From contig JAFGIX010000086.1 of the NCBI GenBank assembly GCA_016929395.1, positions 40,819-104,818 on the forward strand: a stretch of DNA of 64,000 nt. The letters run 5' to 3'. The notes under the pieces are model-generated. The model was not told where the DNA came from, searched no databases, and was given only the letters and a program-made list of their open reading frames with translations. A program made the translations under genes and the position numbers. Positions 58,109 through 64,000 of the stretch are shown here, one piece after another (the stretch's first letter is position 1; each line of letters begins with the position of its first letter). Source of the stretch: Candidatus Zymogenus saltonus (GTDB lineage Bacteria; Desulfobacterota; Zymogenia; Zymogenales; Zymogenaceae).

Positions 58109-58570
58109 TTATTTTCCCTCCATTTTCTCGATTTCAACTTCGGCTGATACAGGGCCGTCCAAAGCGAAATCTTTTTCAGAAATTTTCATCTCATATTTTG
58201 TCTTTTCGTATTCGATTCGATACCGCCCGTCCATGCTAATCGGTATCATGTCCGAGATAAAAATATGTTCATGTCCGAAAGTGCCTCCGGTTGCTTTCAA
58301 ATACCACCGCCTATCAGCCCCCAAAAGTTCGGGCCTGCAACAAATCTTCAATCGCACATTCCGCAAAGCCGGATTTTCTTGAAAAATAAAACTCTCCCCT
58401 TCGAGATCGCCTCGACCGACCAGAAACGCCTTCTCCTCTTTTGCCGGGTTTTCCTTTTTTTCATTTTCCATTTTTTTGTCCTCTTCTATTTCGTTAAGTT
58501 TTCTCTGGGCCAATTCTTTTGAAATCAACCCAACCCTTAAATCGTTCAAAATATATTCTCGCTTTTCCAT
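58109..58570 (-). CDS. Hypothetical protein occupying the position immediately after terL
   Basis: Start at ATG 58570 (MEKREYILNDL), one nt after the terL stop. 153 aa. N-terminal coiled coil plus a beta-rich C-terminal half. Neither portal-like in size nor in motifs. Confidence 0.5.
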   Translation of the reverse strand: MEKREYILNDLRVGLISKELAQRKLNEIEEDKKMENEKKENPAKEEKAFLVGRGDLEGESFIFQENPALRNVRLKICCRPELLGADRRWYLKATGGTFGHEHIFISDMIPISMDGRYRIEYEKTKYEMKISEKDFALDGPVSAEVEIEKMEGK

Positions 58571-58571
58571 T

Positions 58572-59951
58572 TTAAAATAGGGCCACGCTTTGAAAATCTT
58601 TTTGTGTATAAATTCGTGTCGGCTCTCCCGATAAAGTAAAAACGCCCATGCCGAGCGCAATCACAAAATCATCATGCATGTTTGATTTATGATCGATGCG
58701 GAGGCCGTAACTCGTTTCAATAATCATTACTGTTAGCAATTCTTTGATTAATTCGTCATGTTTGAAAATCTTTATCGTTCGGTCTTTGAAAACCCCAAGA
58801 AGGGCCTCGGTCATTTTTGTGAGATTTCCGCCAGAAAAAACAAACTCCTCAATCTTCACATTACGGGCCTTTAATCGCTGTATCAGGCCGATGCTTTGCC
58901 AAGGGTCAATCACAAGTCTTGATTGTCGGAAGTTGCGCCACAAATGAATTAAATGACTTTCAACATCGGCAATGTTTACCTCGGCCCCACGCTTCCCCTC
59001 AAAGCTCTTGACATGATCAAGAATTATCCGCCCCGATTTCCAATTACGGTGAACGACACTAATCACGGTTCGATCTGAACGGAGGCCAAGATCACATGAA
59101 ATAGTAAACCGTTCACCCTGTCCACTATCCCGATTTCTCAATTCCGGGTCAATCGATGCGTCAACGTCTTCCTTTGTCAAAAAGTTATCGCTCCCAACTG
59201 TCCATTGATTTCTGTGGAGGCGTTTAAACATAAACTCCGGCAATCTCTTTTTCTCACTTTCGAGGTATTGGTCGTCAACCCAACTTGCTAAATTCTCATG
59301 CGACCAATAAAAGTACATTTTCGGGTCTTTGCCCTCTTTTCCCCGTTCGTAATAATCAAAAAGCGGATTTCCCGGAAACGGCTGATTTCCCGCATAAGTC
59401 ACGACAAGCGTCAAGGGATTTCGCCTCGCCGGAGAGGGAGCCACCGCCTCCAATAGCTTGTAATCCTGAAAACCCCACATTTCATCAATCACGATTGCCG
59501 AGCAGTCATAGCCGTGTGCGCTCACCGAGTCGGCACTAATGACCTGATACCAGCCTCCATTCCGGGCCTCTATGCGATCTCTCTTTATCACAACCTCCTG
59601 TCGCAGTACTGGCGAGAGTTCAAAAGACCGTTTTACAAAGTCGAATATCCGCCGGGCCTGTTCAAGGTCGTTTGCAAGCGAGATGATTTCAGGATATTGC
59701 TCACCATCTGCCAACAAAAGATATGCGATGCATAAGGCTGCGAGAGTGCTTTTCCCATTCTTTTTCGGCACCGAGAAAACGGCGAGGTCGTATTTTCTCA
59801 ATCCGTCCGGGGTGAGATCATAAAACACGGGCCGGATAAAGTTGTCGATCTGCCATTGTTCAAGTCTAATGGGCGATACGCTGTTGTCTTTATTTCGCAC
59901 ATAGAAAAACTTTTCGGCAAACTCTATGAAATCAATCTTTTTCGGTTTCAT
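58572..59951 (-). CDS. terL: Phage terminase large subunit
   Basis: 459 aa. Walker A-like VPKKNGKST, Walker B AIVIDEMWG. The C-terminal RNaseH-like nuclease half has acidic residues (ISCDLG.., ..MHDDFV). Confidence 0.8.
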   Translation of the reverse strand: MKPKKIDFIEFAEKFFYVRNKDNSVSPIRLEQWQIDNFIRPVFYDLTPDGLRKYDLAVFSVPKKNGKSTLAALCIAYLLLADGEQYPEIISLANDLEQARRIFDFVKRSFELSPVLRQEVVIKRDRIEARNGGWYQVISADSVSAHGYDCSAIVIDEMWGFQDYKLLEAVAPSPARRNPLTLVVTYAGNQPFPGNPLFDYYERGKEGKDPKMYFYWSHENLASWVDDQYLESEKKRLPEFMFKRLHRNQWTVGSDNFLTKEDVDASIDPELRNRDSGQGERFTISCDLGLRSDRTVISVVHRNWKSGRIILDHVKSFEGKRGAEVNIADVESHLIHLWRNFRQSRLVIDPWQSIGLIQRLKARNVKIEEFVFSGGNLTKMTEALLGVFKDRTIKIFKHDELIKELLTVMIIETSYGLRIDHKSNMHDDFVIALGMGVFTLSGEPTRIYTQKDFQSVALF

Positions 59952-60459
59952 GCTTTACCTCGTTTTCGTTTAGGTATTGCTCAAAGGGAGTCGCCCGCTC
60001 AAATGACCTCGGTTCATGTAGTTTTAGTAATGTCAAAGTTAATCGGATGCTGTTATGACAAGCCAGATAAAATGCGGATAGTGCGGATTTGACCTTTAAG
60101 TCTCCCCCCTCGGCCTTAACGAAAGGCCCTCCGTTCTCTCGAATCCAAAAATCAATAAGTCTCGTGTACCCTGATAATTGGATAACTTGATCTATTAAAA
60201 GCGATTGACCCTCCGTCATCATGGCCTGACCGCCGAGATCAGCGACAAGGCCCGCCCGAAGGCTGTCAAGCTCCCCCTCAATCTCCGTTTTCCAAGGCAA
60301 GTCCGGCACCTCTCCCGTTTGTAGATAAGCATTTCCCCCGTGTTTAAGGCTTTGCTTATTGCCTTCCTTGAATTGTGAGGGCGTTTTATTCCCTTCCTTA
60401 AAAGACGTTTCATTTGGGCCTGAAAACTGGCCCTTTTTATTTCTATCTGTCATGTTCAC
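59932..60459 (-). CDS. Possible terminase small subunit (by position and basic Gly/Lys-rich N-terminus)
   Basis: 175 aa. The stop overlaps the terL start by 20 nt. The N-terminus KKGQFSGPNETSFKEGNKTPSQFKEGNK resembles DUF5681-type TerS N-termini, a weak recollection. Confidence 0.4.
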   Translation of the reverse strand: MNMTDRNKKGQFSGPNETSFKEGNKTPSQFKEGNKQSLKHGGNAYLQTGEVPDLPWKTEIEGELDSLRAGLVADLGGQAMMTEGQSLLIDQVIQLSGYTRLIDFWIRENGGPFVKAEGGDLKVKSALSAFYLACHNSIRLTLTLLKLHEPRSFERATPFEQYLNENEVKHETEKD

Positions 60460-60709
60460 CCTCCAATGCGATAATCAGCAAAATTAAATACCCTGTAAGA
60501 TCAAGTAAAGTGTCCTCTTTGAAGTTCTTTTCCCCACTTGAAGCGATGCGGGAAAGTTTGTCGTCAATCCTTACCTTTAGGGCCTCAATCGGTGGAGCCT
60601 TTGAGAATATCCCGACCGGATTAAAAACCGAGTTTCCGTAATCCCAGTTTTTCCTTATCAGGAGATCGCTGATCTCTTCACATTTCGCCTTGATCTTATC
60701 CTCGGTCAT
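60443..60709 (-). CDS. DUF1599 / MazG-like all-alpha small protein
   Basis: Start at ATG 60709 after GGGGGGAAA. KNWDYGNS...ALKVRIDDKLSRI....EDTLLDLTGYLILL fits the K..DYG / R..DK..R / D...D..gY pattern, from recall. Confidence 0.45.
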   Translation of the reverse strand: MTEDKIKAKCEEISDLLIRKNWDYGNSVFNPVGIFSKAPPIEALKVRIDDKLSRIASSGEKNFKEDTLLDLTGYLILLIIALEGEHDR

Positions 60710-60926
60710 TTTCCCCCCATTCAATAAGACTTTTGCGCTCACTCTCCGGCACATTGAGAAGATCAAACGCCTTGTGAATCGTTACAATCTCACAACTCCC
60801 GCCATTCAGGGCGTTCAAGAATGCACTCCGGGAAATACCCGCCTTTTCAAAGTCATATTCCTTGACCTTCATTTTCCTGTAATAATTTATTTCAACCTTT
60901 AAATGAGGCTTCAAACTCATTGACAA
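60696..60926 (-). CDS. Small putative HTH protein
   Basis: 76 aa or shorter. EKAGISRSAFLNALNGG looks like an HTH recognition segment. The stop overlaps the next gene's start. Confidence 0.4.
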   Translation of the reverse strand: MSMSLKPHLKVEINYYRKMKVKEYDFEKAGISRSAFLNALNGGSCEIVTIHKAFDLLNVPESERKSLIEWGENDRG

Positions 60927-61190
60927 CCCCCCAAAAATGGCGAATAACTTATCTCTGGTAAAGTATTCAACACCCCAACCCCCCGATTTCCCAACGCTTT
61001 TCCCTTAAAAGAGTGAGATGATACCAACTTGATACAAAATGACCTATTTTCCCCTAAAATATCAACTCTTGATAATGCTTCTTTTAGGGGCAATATTCCT
61101 AAATTACTGTAATTATTGACTATTCCCATTTAAACCCCGCCGATCTTGAAGCATTTTAGTAATTTTTACTAATAAGTTTAGATTCCTTCT

Positions 61191-61347
61191 ATGGTGCAAC
61201 CATAGTAGTTGCCCAACTATACCAACTAAAGCAACTAACACCATTTTCCTTAATAATATCAATAAGTTACTTGGTTGTCCTATTTCAACCTTTTTGGTTG
61301 CCTTGGTTGGGTTGGTTGCCTTGGTTGGGTTGGTTGGTTTAGTTGCC
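61191..61347. promoter_or_regulatory. Putative replication origin: opposed (T)AGTTG(C/G)/GGTTG iterons around an AT-rich core
   Basis: The perfect 18-nt unit ggttgccttggttgggtt occurs twice in tandem (61296-61313, 61314-61331). tagttgcc occurs at 61205 and 61340. Reverse-oriented caact/ccaact/gcaact lie at 61214-61236. AT-rich core at 61241-61270. The region begins 18 nt after the rep stop. Confidence 0.5.
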
Positions 61348-61364
61348 ATAATATATATATTCCC

Positions 61365-62360
61365 CTAAAGGATAGAATACTTAACACCGCCTCGACCTTT
61401 ACCGCTTTTAAGGATTGTCCCCCGGTTTACGAGATCGCTTAATATTTTATATGCGCTTCCTTTATTAATTCCAAGGGCATCGCCTATATCTGTAATTCCA
61501 CAAGCCCCCGCATCCTGTAAAAATTCTATAATTTCGCCTTGTCGTCCGCTCAATTCGTAAAGACTTGCCTCGCCTTCACAACTCCAAAGCCCGGTCTCCC
61601 AATCGATATTTAATTTTAGGCTTTGCTCCTCTATATCCCTTCCTGTTAAAATCAGCTTTGCCCCCACCTTCCCGGCCTGTCTGTAAAGCCCCCAAAGACA
61701 ATCACCTACAGCACCCTTTCCTGTAGACCCCAATATGTCAGATACAGCATCAGGGTCGGCAAGTGCCTTCTTATGATGATCGATCAGGAGAATGGAAGTA
61801 TTTAGATTTTGAGCTACTTCTTGGAGTGAGCCGATTGCGTTGGTAACTGCATTAACGTCATTCTGATCAACCCCAATGGCCCTTGACAGCGTATCCACCA
61901 CAACAAAGCGATATTGCCAACGTTCGATCTGCTTTGCCAATAACTGCCCCCCGCCTTTCCCAAGATCACCAAAACGCTCTCTAAACAATTTTGATGTTAT
62001 AAAATCTGCGGGCAATCCCGGCGACCATCCTTGTTTCTGCATTCTGTCTTTTAGACGGCGAGGGTGATCTTCGAGGGCAATAATTAGAACACGTCCAGGG
62101 TCAACCTTTTTTCCGAAAACAACTCCCCCAGAAGCAACCGCCTGTCCAAGCTGAAGGCCCATCCAACTTTTTCCTGTTTTTGGTCGACCCCCCAGAATCG
62201 CAACTCCGACCGACAACATCTCCGGTATAATCCAAGTTGGTGCAGGAAATTCTGTATTTAGAATGTCATAAGTGGAGAGGAGGCCGGGAAGGCGGTCAGT
62301 ACTGTTGCCCTCTTCTCGGATTGCAATCTGTTCCTGTTCTTCAAGCTCCTGTCTATCCAT
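61365..62360 (-). CDS. RecA-like (AAA_25/RepA-type) replication ATPase with C-terminal winged HTH
   Basis: Start at ATG 62360 (MDRQELEEQ). Walker A GGRPKTGKSW, Walker B RFVVVDTLS. C-terminus IIEFLQDAGACGITDIGDALGINKGSAYKILSDLVNRG. Confidence 0.7.
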   Translation of the reverse strand: MDRQELEEQEQIAIREEGNSTDRLPGLLSTYDILNTEFPAPTWIIPEMLSVGVAILGGRPKTGKSWMGLQLGQAVASGGVVFGKKVDPGRVLIIALEDHPRRLKDRMQKQGWSPGLPADFITSKLFRERFGDLGKGGGQLLAKQIERWQYRFVVVDTLSRAIGVDQNDVNAVTNAIGSLQEVAQNLNTSILLIDHHKKALADPDAVSDILGSTGKGAVGDCLWGLYRQAGKVGAKLILTGRDIEEQSLKLNIDWETGLWSCEGEASLYELSGRQGEIIEFLQDAGACGITDIGDALGINKGSAYKILSDLVNRGTILKSGKGRGGVKYSIL

Positions 62361-62910
62361 CAATAGCCCTCTCGTACAATTCGAGTTTTGCTTCCCAATC
62401 ATGCCCTAAAAGAATTTCGTAATGATATTCAAAAATTTCCCGGCTCTCCATCAAGAATCTACTCCACTCAAAGCCGAGCGATTTTGGGGTGATCTTGTCG
62501 ATCATAATGTCAAGCTTGTACAACAACCCAGCCAACTTTAAAGTTTCCGACTTTACCCATTGCTTAAACATTTTTTCCCGTTCTCGCCTTTGTCGCTTCT
62601 CTTCAATCTCCCGCCTTATTTCCGGGGCGATTGGCTTCCCGATTATATTAAGCCCCGCCTTTTGCGCTAAAAATGACAAGGCCGACTTTGTGTCCAGCTT
62701 GTAAAAGCATTCGCAAAAATCAAAAACATCTCCGCCTCGATTACACGAAAAACACCACCACCGCCCTTGGTCGGGATAGATTTTGAGGCTCGGCGTTCGA
62801 TCTTCATGGAGAAAACACTTACAAAAACCCCCCCGATTAATCGCCAGCCCCGCCTCTTCCATAAGTGAGGGGAGGTCAGTCAAGGATTTTACCAACTCGA
62901 AATTAGTCAT
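62353..62910 (-). CDS. CHC2 zinc-finger primase-like protein without TOPRIM domain
   Basis: Start at ATG 62910 (MTNFELV). CFLHEDRTPSLKIYPDQGRWWCFSCNRGGDVFDF is the DnaG-type CHC2 finger. It is only 185 aa, and the rest is helical. Confidence 0.7.
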   Translation of the reverse strand: MTNFELVKSLTDLPSLMEEAGLAINRGGFCKCFLHEDRTPSLKIYPDQGRWWCFSCNRGGDVFDFCECFYKLDTKSALSFLAQKAGLNIIGKPIAPEIRREIEEKRQRREREKMFKQWVKSETLKLAGLLYKLDIMIDKITPKSLGFEWSRFLMESREIFEYHYEILLGHDWEAKLELYERAIDG

Positions 62911-63109
62911 TTTTGGTTTCCGAAAAAAGTTCCGAGACGGATTTTCCAAGCACCGAGGCGATCCGCTCTTTTTCATCTTCCGAGGGAGTCCGCCATCCGC
63001 AAACGATTTCACTCAACCGAGATGGTATCATTTCGATCTGGGAGGCAACCCAATATTGCGTGATCCCCTGTCTTAAGATTTCTGTTTTTAAGGCAATATT
63101 TTTTGACAT
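62903..63109 (-). CDS. XRE/Cro-type HTH regulator
   Basis: 68 aa. LRQGITQYWVASQIEMIPSRLSEIVCG. The stop overlaps the primase-like start by 8 nt. Confidence 0.7.
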   Translation of the reverse strand: MSKNIALKTEILRQGITQYWVASQIEMIPSRLSEIVCGWRTPSEDEKERIASVLGKSVSELFSETKND

Positions 63110-63261
63110 TTCCTACACTCCAAAAAATTCTTATTTTCTTTAATTATATAAGATAATTTTCTTAATTCAAGAGTATTTATATGCATATATACACTTATTT
63201 AGACGCTTTTTATGGGAAATGCGAAAAAGGTGTCAAAATCTAATGGGTCAAAGGGCGGAAA

Positions 63262-63888
63262 TTAAAAGTCTTTTTTGAGTCTCGAATGGGTTTGCCCGCA
63301 CCACCGACTACAATGTTCTGTCGTTTTATTCGTGGATAAAAAGAGGTTATTGCATGATTTTCTCCCTCTAACACGAAAAGCGCATCGCCCCAAAAGATGA
63401 AAATCTCTTGATTTTAAAAAATCGCTCAATAAAAGAAATGCCTTATGTTCTTTTGTTCGGGGTTCTCTATTACCAAAACGGAGAGTTACGCCGGGGTTTA
63501 AAGTGAAATCACCAATTTTAGAGAAATATGTATGTAATTCTGGTTTTATCGATGCGTTTAAACTCTCAATTCTATAATTTATTTTTTTGACGGCATCTTT
63601 CGCCTTTGAAAACATATCGTCTCTTTTATGAATATCTATACTTACCTTGAAATAATAATCACGAATTTCGATTAATTCATAAAGAATGTCAAATATCTCT
63701 TTTTTCAATTTTATATCTTTAATATTTTTATTCAAATAATTAACAAAAAGGATTGTCGATGGATTTAAGGTTCTTTCTGTTTTATCGCTCATTATCACAA
63801 TTTTGGGTATTTCACGTTGTTTTTCCTCAAGCTCTCTTAATATCTTTTTTTCATTAATCCGTTTATCAATTTTTATAGTCTGTTTCAT
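63262..63888 (-). CDS. Hypothetical protein with C-terminal CGNR-like zinc finger
   Basis: Start at ATG 63888 after AAGGAGGG. The C-terminus LGRCAFRVRGRKSCNNLFLSTNKTTEHCSRWCGQTHSRLKK resembles the C..C..lF.d.s....rWCs..CGNR pattern, from recall. Confidence 0.45.
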   Translation of the reverse strand: MKQTIKIDKRINEKKILRELEEKQREIPKIVIMSDKTERTLNPSTILFVNYLNKNIKDIKLKKEIFDILYELIEIRDYYFKVSIDIHKRDDMFSKAKDAVKKINYRIESLNASIKPELHTYFSKIGDFTLNPGVTLRFGNREPRTKEHKAFLLLSDFLKSRDFHLLGRCAFRVRGRKSCNNLFLSTNKTTEHCSRWCGQTHSRLKKDF

Positions 63889-64000
63889 GTCCACACCCTC
63901 CTTTAAAATAATTATTCCACAATACAAGATATAGTCAAAGATAAAAAAAAGGGGGCCTGAAACGGCCCCCAAAGTGTTTAATCCAATACCGGAGGCTCTT

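Larger units (their letters stand above)
54104..64000 (-). mobile_element. tRNA-Arg-integrated, AT-rich integrative element with phage-satellite-like gene set (right end outside window)
   Basis: Integrase abuts the tRNA 3' end. All genes are on the minus strand with abutting or overlapping junctions. It carries replication (ZnF primase-like, Rep, iterons) and packaging (TerS-like, TerL) modules. No portal, capsid, tail or lysis genes are present in the window. Confidence 0.8.

Noticed and set aside
60917-61349. 70-aa and 78-aa minus-strand ORFs between the rep gene and the small HTH gene
   Set aside because: The 78-aa ORF's N-terminus (TKPTNPTKATNPTKATKK) is the translated iteron repeat, and the two ORFs overlap each other. 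The region is better explained as a non-coding origin. The 78-aa ORF does have an AGGGGA upstream, so coding potential is not fully excluded.

Overview
This is a GC-rich bacterial chromosomal segment. Most of it is densely packed housekeeping and transport genes. It is interrupted by a few visibly AT-richer accessory patches and ends in a tRNA-integrated mobile element.

Core content, left to right:
- A sigma-54-dependent pseudopilin gene lies beside a PilR/NtrC-type activator, with a divergent soluble hybrid histidine kinase.
- A zur-znuA-znuC-znuB zinc uptake operon follows.
- Next are proS with a tightly coupled chagasin-family peptidase inhibitor, a polar amino-acid ABC transporter, a Usp protein, an extra binding protein and an M18 aminopeptidase.
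- Then come a WG-repeat protein, trpS, yjbQ, maf, yggS and proC.
- A long plus-strand string follows: ftsH-folP-glmM-acpS-nnr-tsaE-lysC-cimA-comEA.
- A metabolic cluster contains an acyl-CoA ligase, two 2-hydroxyacyl-CoA dehydratase-family subunits, a D-aminoacylase and an LbH acyltransferase.
- A second REC-PAS-PAS histidine kinase closes the core region.

Accessory content:
1. 4.6-8.0 kb holds a tandemly duplicated AT-rich cassette: a PQQ-like beta-propeller protein plus an N-terminal fragment of an inverse-autotransporter beta-barrel.
2. Several intergenic spacers are filled with a degenerate repeat family of roughly 16-17 nt period. It is always G-rich on the strand of the gene(s) likely to transcribe it.
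3. From tRNA-Arg(UCU) at 54.03 kb to the window end lies an AT-rich, single-strand, operon-like integrative element. It carries an integrase, an XRE regulator, a zinc-finger primase-like protein, a RecA-like Rep-wHTH, an iteron region, TerS-like and TerL genes, but no portal, capsid or tail genes where they would be expected. This is a phage-satellite-like layout.

The best candidate for an undescribed system is in the cargo slot between terL and int. It is an autonomous two-gene unit with its own near-consensus promoter: a Panacea/DUF4065-type antitoxin-like gene translationally coupled to an unrecognisable Cys/His-rich 164-aa protein. A zinc-ribbon/TM/OB-fold-like membrane protein follows it.

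All domain calls come from reading motifs by eye and need HMM or BLAST confirmation. No CRISPR array, rRNA or IS element was seen.
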